Shown one piece after another: positions 47,101-58,800 of a stretch of DNA of 64,000 nt; positions within the stretch are counted from its first letter, which is position 1; every line of letters starts with the position of its first letter. The DNA is from Tubulanus polymorphus. Lineage: Eukaryota; Animalia; Nemertea. The notes beneath the pieces were generated by a model, which was not told where the DNA came from, did no database searches, and was given only the letters and a program-made list of their open reading frames with translations. A program made the position numbers and the translations under genes. The DNA lies in contig NC_134030.1 of assembly GCF_964204645.1 (NCBI RefSeq), positions 20,978,210 to 21,042,209 of the forward strand, given 5' to 3'.

Positions 47101-50100
47101 ACGATACCAGAAGTTGTTCAAGGATTGATATCTCCTCTACGTAAACAACCGATAAATGACGCCAATATGCCGTGTACGGCGATGATACTGAATAATCCAC
47201 GAGGATCAGCGAACTGGGTTCGATTCGAATTGAAGAGGTTCACACGAGTTTCATTTGCGAATCGGAAAAAATGAATATCGAAAATACAACGGTTTACAAA
47301 TTCAATTCAACGAAAAACGACACAATTTCGATGCGAGAAAATATGATTTATGATGCAATTTACTTTAGCTGGAGCTGTACGGTTGGTTGGGTAAGCATAA
47401 ATAAAAGGTGCTATCAAATACTGACGGACTGGAACAAACATCGAGGTTTAGATATGAAAACTGCGACAGAGATGTGTCATGGCATCGATGGTGAAATAGA
47501 AACTGTGATAAACGGTTACACAGAAATAGAAACTTTGAACCTAGTAAGAACATTTCAATATCGACATCAATATAGCTCGATACTGACAATGACTTACAAT
47601 GGCGGACTGCAAGTTATAACACCAATAATCACTAGAGATGATATCACTTATATTCGCTCAGTAAAATGGTTGATGAAACAGTTCGATAATGTCACAGATG
47701 TAGCGCATTCCGTGCTATGTTCCTACAATGTAACTGTTGAAGAGTTGGCTTCTATAAGCAGCTGTAAATCGTGGCAGTTTAAATGTAACGATCAAAGATG
47801 TATCAGCGACCATCGCGTATGTGATACCGGAAACGACTGTCAACACGGTGAAGATGAAGTCGATTGTTCGGGTTCAAACTTACAAAGTCAGTTCCACTGT
47901 TCAGATGGACGGGTTATATCAATAAGTGGATTCTGTGATTTCATTAAGGATTGTTTGGATGGTTCTGATGAGAACTCGTGTTTTCATCCCCCGTGTTTGC
48001 CCCAACAATTCCGCTGTACTAGTGGTCAATGTGTCAGTAAGTATAAACGATGCGACGGAGACACTGATTGTAAAGACGGCTCGGATGAAATGAGATGCAC
48101 CTCTCAACTGTGTCAGGGGTTTCTGTGTAACAGTGGGGACTGTATCAGTTCTCAGTTGTATCAGGATGGTGCCGTGGATTGTAGTGGAAACCTAGAAGAA
48201 GATGAATTAGTAACAAATGCGAATATTACAGTGAATCCTACAGTTCATTGTAATGATTTGAACCAATGTGCGACTAATTTCACAAATCTCTGCACGGAAT
48301 CTGATGAACAAAGATGTTCTTTCGATTCTCCTCATTGTTATTCTAGACGTCATAGATGTATTTTAGAAAGAATGTCGAATAGTTACCCAGTTTGTAGAAA
48401 TCTTGAGCATATATTGAAATGTGAAAAATTTGATTGTCCAGCTGGTACTGTAAAATGTCCAGCATCGTACTGTATACCGATGGGACAGGTGTGCGATGGT
48501 CGATCAGATTGTCCTAATTCTGAAGACGAGCGAAACTGCAAGACGTTGTCATGTCCCGGCATGTTCAAATGTGGCCAGGAAAACCGATGTATACCACAAT
48601 CTGAAGTTTGTGATGGTGTTGTCAATTGTAAACTTACCACTGATGACGAAGCTTTCTGTAACGTCACGTGTCCTGGATATTGTAGATGTCAAGGCCATTT
48701 GATCGACTGTGGAAATGGCGGTTTAACAAATATCACTGATCTTTTCTCGGCTTCAACTCGAGTTCTGAATCTGTCAAATAACACAATTATCTTGGATATG
48801 ACGACATTTTTTCCATATGTTTATCTTCGTTCGCTCAATATCTCCTTCAATAAGTTGTCTTACATTTTAGCAAACGCATTCTCAAACCTGCATAATCTAC
48901 ATACATTAGACCTTACATATAACAATATAACATACTTATCTACAAACACATTCATTGGTTTGTATAGTTTGAAAGAGTTATTGATAACTAAAAATCCAAT
49001 TAGTCACTTAGAGGAAGATACATTTCAAGATTTGAAGTCTCTTAAAGATCTCGATCTTCACGGACTTTTCATATCTGTTCTTGGTCGAAATGTATTCAAA
49101 GGTTTATCTACATTACAGTCGTTGAATATCAGCAGTAACAGCATTCATCATATTTTTCTATATGCTTTTTCGGGATTAGATGAACTTAGAATTATTGATA
49201 TAACTAATAACTCTAAAATAATATCTACGGACAAAGATATTTTCAACAATCTGACATCATTAGTCTCCCTAGCGTCTGATGCCTACAAATTTTGCTGCAT
49301 GGCTCCGAATGTCGACCAGTGTCTTCCTGAAGCAGATCAATTTTCGTCCTGTTCTGATCTGATGGGTAACACGGCCCTCAGAGCTATCATCTGGGTCATC
49401 TCCGCATTCAGTTTCTTTATGAACAGTATCGTCATTTTATTCCGTGTTCGATCATTTCTACTTTCATCCTCCGAAAAGCGTAACACATCTTCTGACATCC
49501 TCATCATTAATATCGCAGCTTGTGATTTTCTGATGTCTATTTATCTGTTTCTGATCGCGGGAGCTGATTACGTTTATAAAGGAGTTTATTTCCTGCATTC
49601 TGAAACTTGGACGGACAGTTCATTGTGTAGTTTCGCTGGAGTTTTGGTGACTATTTCCTGTGAAGGCTCATTGACGTTTCTATTCATTTTAACGCGTTAT
49701 AGATTTTCAAAAATCGTCAATCCATTTTCTGGAAGCCCGATTACATCTCCGAAATGCGTATCCATTATCTGTTGCGTATGTTGGTTATCTATAAACACTA
49801 TTTCTATAATACCGCTGTCACAATCATCTTATTTCGGCAACAAATTCTATGGTACTACTGGAATTTGTTTACCTATGAATTTGATATCGATTGATGTCCA
49901 CGCCTGGCAATATTCATTCGCTATATTTGCCGCGTTTAACTCGGTCCTACTTGCTACAATAATGATGACGTATGCACAGATGTATAGACTCGTATCTGGA
50001 AGCAGGTCCGGCTCGGGTAGAGCTGATCCTACCGAATTGATTCTGGCACGTAGGAGTTTAGTGATAAATCTGTGTAATGTATTTTGCTGGTTACCGATAA

Positions 50101-50276
50101 TTACCGTTCAGTTTTGCGCTGTATTCCGAGTAGAAATACCGAACCAAGTGGCGGCTTGGTTGGCGGTACTTTTCCTACCGATCAACTCGTCACTGAATCC
50201 ACTTCTTTACACCATCCTCACTATTGATGTTAAATCAATTCGGGCTAGAAATAAACGGGTTTGGAGAACTCGTTGA
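44185..50276 (+). pseudogene. GRL101-like GPCR copy D, frameshifted (pseudogene or secreted truncated form)
   Basis: Exons 44185-45387, 45621-46937, 47023-50276; CGATTC|GAATTG at 47221-47232 lacks CCTTGCG (7 nt) present in B and C; stop at 47272-47274; the remaining 1001 codons are intact. Confidence 0.88.
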
Positions 50277-51455
50277 GATCTTATTTGATATGGGCCTATA
50301 AGTACGCGTTGTAAATGTCAAAATGTTGGAACATAAACAAGTTTTTACTAACACCACTAGCACAAGCACGGATATGTGCTGGATTTCTGTCCCAAACACT
50401 TGCGTTTCGCTTCAAAAGAGACGTTTAGTGCAAAGTAATCGAATTATCCGATCTATTTCAATGAGGTAGACGATACGCGAACTACGTAGTGCTTTCAATA
50501 AACACTAGGAGCGCTGCAAATCACTATCAAATTAGCATCTAATTTAAATATTATGTTGTAACACCGATTTTCGTCGTGAAGGAATAACTCAGTGAGTACT
50601 GTTGATGATTTGTACATTAGATTCGAATAGAAATTAATAAAGTAATGTCGTATATAAAAATATGTTGTATTATCCTGATGCAAGTGAAAAATTGTCAATC
50701 TTGCAAGTAGCAGGAAAGTTGCTTGTAGGGGGCTTATATTCTGCTCAATTCTTATCGCGAATTTTGATTGATAGACGATTTAGATACCAGACCAACCGAT
50801 TATCATCAATACAAATTGTTCCAATTTCCACACATAAAACACATTTATTCGATCCAATGACACCAAAAAGTAGCACCGAACCACACACTGAAACAGTAGC
50901 TCATAAACTGCACTTTTTGAAGGCTCACAAGCCATCTACACAACACTTTTAGCCTAAATCCAAAATCCAACCATATCATCCTAACAAGTACTATCTATGG
51001 TGGCTCATTTAGGCCACGCTGAGATTTTTCAAACATGCTAAATCTGAAAACAAATTTGATAACGAGAATACGAGTTTACCTTATAAAACCTTAGGTCTAA
51101 GGTTTAGGAATGATATGATTATTTAGAAGTTAATGAATATTGTGTGAATATTATAATATGATGCACTTGTCTTTGTATATTTCAGTTTCTTGGTTTTTTT
51201 AATGGTTTAGTTAATTAACTATAAGTTTCTAACAACATCCGTGACTTAAATTACTGGCTTCATCGCAGACCCAAAATCCATCACAGTGGTCTTAGGATTG
51301 ACGAGGAGAAAGTTCTTAATTTCTTCTCTAACTAATTACACGCCTCAAAATCCGAACGAAGATCCCCGAGAACAAAATCCGAGAAATATCGATGGCAACA
51401 TTTTTAAGTTCAGCGAATGAAAGTAATATATAAAACAATTTTCCGCACTGACCGT

Positions 51456-52881
51456 TTAATTATCAAGATCGTCAAGTTTGGTGTAATACGGGTCATATTT
51501 CACGCAGACAGCCTGCACTTTGCAGCCCAAACTTTTAGTGCACGGTTGTGAAACTCCGCATCCAGTTTTACCCAATTCGACTGGTCCAATCGCAGCTTTA
51601 TTCTCGTCACTATGTTTGAATCTGAATGAAAATCGTTTTAGGAAAAATGTGAAAGAAATGTGAACAGTTTATATATTCAAAAAGCACCATATTTATCCAA
51701 TAGAACAGCGCTATACTTGTCAGTTAAATATAAAGCTGCAAGAATATAAGAAGCCTACTATGGGCTTTCTTATTTATTCATTCATTCATTCATTCATCTT
51801 TACACTCTAACCCATTACAGGTATTGTAAACAACAAAAAATTTACAGATTTTATTACACTGTAGAATATTTACAAATTCAATAACACAATTAACTTGAAA
51901 TAACATAGCAACTAATTTGGACTACATACGAATAAAACACTATAGTTTCAATGGCATGTTGCCCCCTAGTGGCATCACTACGATCTAATACTGTTACATA
52001 TAAAAATACGCCTATTAAACTATGCGCCCCTGGTGCCAGTATTAAGAACTATGGAAGATCGACGCAATTCTCCAATTCTAAGATTAAGATTAGTTGATCA
52101 TGCAGTGAATCTGTATTAAACCTGGTGGACAATAGACTTTAGGATTACTAACTAAATTTGTTGTGACGATTATATGTTCGTTGTCTTCGTCGATTCCGTC
52201 GCAAGCTAACGAGGCCTGGAAAATACGGTTTTTACGAAATTTGGAAAACTCAAACTGAAGTTTATTGGCTATGCGGAACCGACTGCACATACCAGATGAT
52301 ACAAAAATATATCCTGGTTATTATGGATATAGGTAATAAACGTAAATTTGAATTCAAGGACGAGCAGGTTGATATGCATTATAGAAAAAAAGCAAGATAT
52401 TATAACAGTATAATGGAACAATTTAGAAGGTCGGGAACTTTTAACATAATTAATGTAACAGAGATGAATACATATAGGCTATAAACACATATATGTAAAA
52501 TGTAAAATCCGCAATTGTATGAATATTCCGGGTGGTTCTTTCTACGCTTCTTCGATCTACGAGGTAATTGAAAGGCCAATAATGTGATCGGTAATTAAAA
52601 TGATTGATATTCAAAGTAATTGGCAATTAAACTAATCTTTACCCTTGTCGGATGGTCTGCGTCGTTAGTAAGATAAGCAACACATGTCTTTCCGTCGTCC
52701 CCAATCAGCGCCCCGTCACAGTACTTATAATCGTATTGACATAGACAATTCATCGCTTTCCCTGCGGGACATTTGACTAAGCTTTCATCGTCATCGCCTA
52801 AACCACTTTCCTCGCCTCCATGATGAGACTCATATCCATCAATTGCACGCTTTACACAGTTACCGACATCCGTTAAAGACA
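51456..52881 (-). CDS. Cys-rich protein gene, partial/possibly disrupted; modules resemble PCSK9 C-terminal (resistin-like) repeats
   Basis: Exon 52881-52643 (AG/GT; [40 protein letters not shown]) joins in phase 0 to the exon starting 52215 (ASLACDG...VYCPPG); terminal exon 51621-51456 (FKHSDENK...[23 protein letters not shown]). First exon and the last junction are unresolved. Confidence 0.6.
51768..51895 (-). mobile_element. 3' tail of a LINE/SINE with microsatellite end; second copy at ~60649-60778
   Basis: Both sites show (ATTC/ATTT)n then TTACACT..AACCCATTACAGGTATT...AAATTTACA...ACACTGTAGAA. Confidence 0.6.
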
Positions 52882-52905
52882 CTGGAAATAAAGACCAAAT
52901 GAAAG

Positions 52906-53218
<313 letters not shown>

Positions 53219-53598
53219 CAATAGAATGCCATATATCTTAAAACTTACGCAAGATCAAAATCAATTTTCCGGCGAACATTTTTAACTGTAAGAAAAGAAC
53301 ACGTTTACCCACGTTGTAGAATGTCTATTTCCAGATCTAAAAACTGTAACAGTAAATTCTACTCACGCTTTGACTAATTTTCCAGCCACAAATCTCTCGA
53401 CGTCAGTTGTAGATCAGAGATCACAGCTATAACTGCAGTGAATTTAACCATCTTTTATTCTATCGAGCTGAAATCCACCTGTTTTTGATTGGCATCCGCG
53501 ATCGAACAAAATGACACATGTTAAATTATTGATTCCGGAATATTTTTCAAGAGTTGAGTATTAGTGAGGATTTTAGAAACGTTTGTAAAGATATTACA

Positions 53599-54489
53599 AT
53601 CGTTTGGGTGATCGCTTCATTCAGCTTTGTTGCGAACATTATTGTCATTTTACTTCGCGTTCGAGCGTTTCGAATTCCATCATCTGAATCACGTAACACT
53701 TCCTCTGATATCCTCATCATTAATATTGCCACCTGCGATTTTCTGATATCGATTTATCTGTTTCTGATTGCAGGAGCCGATTACGTCTATAAAGGAGTTT
53801 ATTTCCTAAACTCAGAAAGTTGGACGGATAGTTCATTGTGTCGACTCGCCGGGATTATAGTGACTCTTTCTTGCGAGGGATCTTTGATTTTTCTCCTCAT
53901 TCTAACCCGTCAGAGATACTCGAATATCGTCAACCCATTTTCTGGAACCCCAATTATATCGTCGAAATATGTGTCCGGTATTTGCTGTATATGCTGGATA
54001 ATTTTGGGCAACATTTCAATGTTTCCGCTATCGTCATCTTCTTATTTCGGAAAAAACTTTTACGGCACAACCGGTGTTTGTTTACCTATGAACTTACTAA
54101 CCATCAATGTCCACGCCTGGCAATATTCATTTGCTTTATTTGCCGCGTTTAACTCGGTCCTACTTGCTACAATAATGATGACGTATGCACAGATGTATAG
54201 ACTCGTATCTGGAAGCAGGTTCGGCTCGGGTAGAGCTGATCCTACCGAATTGGTTCTGGCGCGTAGGAGTTTAGTGATAAATCTGTGTAATTTATTTTGC
54301 TGGTTACCGATAATTATCGTTCAGTTTTGCGCTGTATTGCGAGTAGAAATACCGAACCAAGTGGCGGCTTGGTTGGCGGTACTTTTCCTACCGATCAACT
54401 CGTCACTGAATCCACTTCTTTACACCATCCTCACTATTGATGTTAAATCAATTCGGGCCAGAAATAAACGGGTTTTGAAAACTCGCTGA
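53599..54489 (+). pseudogene. 7TM-only remnant of a GRL101-like paralog (copy E)
   Basis: Homology begins abruptly at TM1 (IVWVIASFSF); no ATG, hinge, LRR or LDLa upstream; frame open from TM1 to the stop at 54489. Confidence 0.8.
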
Positions 54490-54700
54490 AACATTTGTCA
54501 GTCGATAGAAACCTTTTTTGAAATCTAATGAGAATGTGCAAAACTTTTCTGATGAAAAGCATAAACACATTGGCACTAGCACGCACTGGTGGTGGCTTTA
54601 TGGTTTCTCTTTTAAACACGTCACTTCAAATCAATGACCTTGGCGCAAAGTTATCAAATTAATCAAAGTAAAAGTTATCTAATTCAGTGAGGCCCTCGTT

Positions 54701-54968
54701 ACCAGACATTAGACATTTTATCAGCACACTTGCAAAAACTGATCGTCCACACTTCACATGTGTTCAGTGCTTCACCGGAGACATTTTTAATTGAAAATGA
54801 ACTACAAACACCAGATATTAGACATTTTATCAGCACACTTTCAAAAACTGATCGTCCACACTTCACATGTGTTCAGTGCTTCACCTGAGACATTTCTAAT
54901 TGAAAATTAACTACAAACACCAGATATTAGACATTTTATCAACACACTTTCAAAAACTGATCGTCCAC
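54701..54968. repeat. 109-bp satellite, ~2.5 units
   Basis: Same unit as the two large arrays; ~55170-55540 is a diverged version of the post-satellite flank at ~18360-18670. Confidence 0.93.
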
Positions 54969-55893
54969 GCGTCACACTTGCAGGTGAATGGTTGTTGGTT
55001 GTTGTTGTTACTTACAGGAGGGGCGTTAGTGATATCCTCTTTAAACTGTTTAATGACATCTTTGTGTAAAGTCACCAAGTCTTACGCCCAACCTTTATGA
55101 GCGCGGATAACCTCCTAACGCCGTCAGAAAACCTAGCATCGGTTATTAATCAAAGTCAGTTAATTCCTCCATTTCCTTGAAGATGATATGAAAATTAATT
55201 TTTCCTGTTTGGTGGATACATCCACAGCAACATTAAGCCGGTTCCAGGTTAAATGCTTGGGGGAAATTGCAACTCATTGCATACATAGACCATCAGACCA
55301 ACACGAGAATAAACTGCCTTGGGGCAATGCATAGATAGACCACAAGTAACCGGTACGAGAAAAACTGCCTGAAAGTGTGAGATCAGAAAACGTAAACGTT
55401 TTTAGAATCTAAGATGTTTAATATTTCTACGTTTTAGCTCAATACAATTTTTACGGATAAACAATAATATACTCCTCAACCATTAATTTTCTGAAAATTA
55501 ATTAAGTCGTCGCAATCGTACTTATTAAGACATCTTTGCCGAAGTTATGAACAAGTTTAATAAAAGTAAAAGCTTTTTTAACATTGACTATTGCATTTTA
55601 TCACCAAAGCGTAAGGCTACGAACGACGTCCCGACGACAAGTTCCACGAATAGATACAGGATTGATTTTCCCGATATATGGTTTATGGTATTATAGACGT
55701 CACCGGATATTGATTTAACAATCGGAAAACTTGATTAGGATTTCATTAAAATGCAGAAAGAAAATAAGCATTTAGTGCAAGCGATATCTGCGGATCTTCA
55801 TGGCATCCTCACTTGCCACAGCAACAGCGGTGCCGATACCTCATCCCAAATCGGGTGAATCATAATTTTATCGAGAATTTCTCACATGTCCAT

Positions 55894-58800
55894 CTATTCC
55901 ATCGATGATTTTTCGCGGTCTATTTCCTCTGCCTCGTCGACCAGTTCCTGTAAAGCGTCCATGATTCGCTTCTGTCGAGTTTCTGTATCCGATCTCTGAA
56001 AATAGACGATCGAAAGCGAAATGGAAACGAAACCAAGATGACGAAGGTGCCGTTGGTACACACCAGATGGCGCAGCAATACGTGTGGGTCAACTCACTAT
56101 ACCGTGCCAATATGCATTGTTTACCGATTGAGGAGGACAGATATACGAAAAAGAAAGACTATGTACAATATGTAATTCAGACGATATCGGTGATGAATAC
56201 CACTACTTAATGATTTGTCATTCTCACACCGAACTGAGAGGATACCTTACAAGTAATCGTTACGAAAATCCAACCTAGCTAAAATATAACGACTGAATAC
56301 AAAGGACCCTAGATTATTATTGAATGTAATAGATTTGTTGAAATGTTCTGTAAATACTTTGTTTCTTACATTAATCTGCATGTTTTTCTATATCCTGATA
56401 CAATTGATATTGTCACGATAAGGTTATCTTATCTTAACTCAATCGACTCTTTCGAGGATTCCAGTTTTGCGTCCCGACAGGACAGACCACCAGGTAGAAA
56501 CGATACAGAAATAATTGTCTAGTTTCCACGTGTTGAGTGGTTTGAGGGGATGAATCTAACATTTTCCATTTGATCGAACCATTGAACTTCGTTAAATACT
56601 CCTAATTTGAATACATTTAGAAACTTTGATAACCAGTTTCTGCGGGACTCACCATTAAGGTTCTGTAACAGATTCCTGACACCAGCTTATCCTTTAACTT
56701 CCGCAACGACTCGTAATCAGGAACCAACATCACGTGACTTCTATCGGTGGCCAAACCGGTCAATAATTTGACGTCGATCTTTTTGCCGACACCGATCACG
56801 AATATCTCGACGTCCAGCGCCCTCAAGCGGTCGCTCTCGCGTCTCAACGCGTCCAGGTCGATCGGTTTACCGTCGGTGACTAGGATGATGATTTTTCTGG
56901 CCGTGGACCGCGCGCCGAACTCGGAGGTGAATGTTTTAGCGAGCGTCTTCTCCAGCAGGACCGGCAGACGTCCGGACTTAGCGGTAGATTCCACCTAAAA
57001 TCAATTAACAAATGAATCCTACATATTGAAATCTTAGTAGTCCAAGAATTGATTGAGATATGGCGCCATCTATTTGGGGTAGATGCTCGAAAAAAAACAA
57101 GCACGCAATTCGTCCCCGAATTAATTGGGATTCGAACCGAAGTTCCATCTCCGCATTTGCATATGCAAATTAACCGAGTTGCGACCGACGGGAATCGAAT
57201 ACTATTCGTATTTTTAATGAGACCTTACCAGTAAAGCATCGAGCACTTGGTCTTTAGTCTTGTGTGAATTCAGGTCGAAGGCGGCCAGTGTCGTACACCT
57301 AGACGGCACAGACGCCATGCGCACTTTCTTATCGCCGACATCCAGTTCTTTAGTAACGACTCTCATGAATTCGTTCGCTTCGATGATGTCCGTAACGTCG
57401 GCGTTCGGCGTGTCCATCACGAACGCGCAGTCCACCTCACCACATTTACCTAGATTGTAATATTCGTGCATGTTAATGGCAACACCGCAACACCAGTTAT
57501 CTCACCAGATGGCGTGACGAGTACTTCGTCAAACATCGTTAGGATTAGATCATTATGTTATAAACTTCGATTGAATCTTTAGCAAATGTCAGTTCATATT
57601 GCTTATTCAATGAGTTCATTAATTATCGATTTATTTAACTTTAGGCTGATGATTGTGTCACATGACCCGATCAGTTCATTTTGTTTATTCAGTAAGTTCA
57701 TTAATTATTGATTTATGCAAAGAGAATTCGATTTTGGCATTCTTTAAATGACTAGAAGTTTTTCCGAGGGAAACCTCAGTGATTAGACTTTCAGTGATAG
57801 ATGTCGATGAAAAAGCATTTGAGATGAAATCTTACTGCTGTCCGGAACTGAAACGAGAAAATGATAACTTAATTTTAGATTGAACATACTTTCTTATCGA
57901 AAATGACAACAACAACAAAAAAAACAGATTAGAAAATTAACTGAATCTTTTATTATTATCTGATCGCATATCAAGTATCGTAACTTTTCGAATCTAGTCG
58001 AATATGAGCAATGCCTTACTTAAGTATCAACTGTAGACTAGTTACTTGATTAACTGGACTAAGACATACATGGACTTATAAATACTGGTCTTAGACATGT
58101 TGGTACTGATCCCAGTTCCACATTCCCAGATATGGTCTCAAATCTTAAAAACTGGTCTAACAAGTAGTTAGATTGGTTATAATGCTAGGATGGCATAAAT
58201 TGCAAAGTTGACCTGTCTAAACCCATCTTGATGATATAACCAATCAAATAACTAAAGACCAGTCTTATGAATTAGGGCCACAATAGAATTAAAGTCATGA
58301 CTAAACAACTGGATCCAGAGTTAGGGTGTACAGTACCGACATAGACAAAAGATGGTTTCAAATCTATAGACTGGTCTTAAGTTGTTTTTAAGATTGGTGA
58401 TAAAGCTTTGATAGCCTTCCTGCTGCCCTAACTATCAGCCATGACTATGCAACTTGGCCCAAGGCTAAGTTTTCTCCAATTAAGGCCGAAATTTCACTTT
58501 AAATCAAGTAAACTTTACTTTACACTTTTAAACTTAACTCAGGGGTCTTGATACTTCACTTTCATTTTAAACCGTTCGCTTTAAACTGGTATTTAATTGT
58601 TTAAGACCGGTCACCGCGTACAGAACTAAGATAATCTTAGAGTCTGAATCTATTAGCATTAAATATTGAATAATTTCTACATATGTTTTGTTTGTACGCA
58701 ACATGTTTCTATCAAACCAATTCATATTGCATATTTCCCATTCCCAGCAACGCTGATTCCGAGAGGGCGCTGCGAGGCAGTATGTTTACTTAATTCCACC

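Noticed and set aside
57120-57200. tRNA gene
   Set aside because: B-box only; no acceptor stem or cloverleaf could be built.
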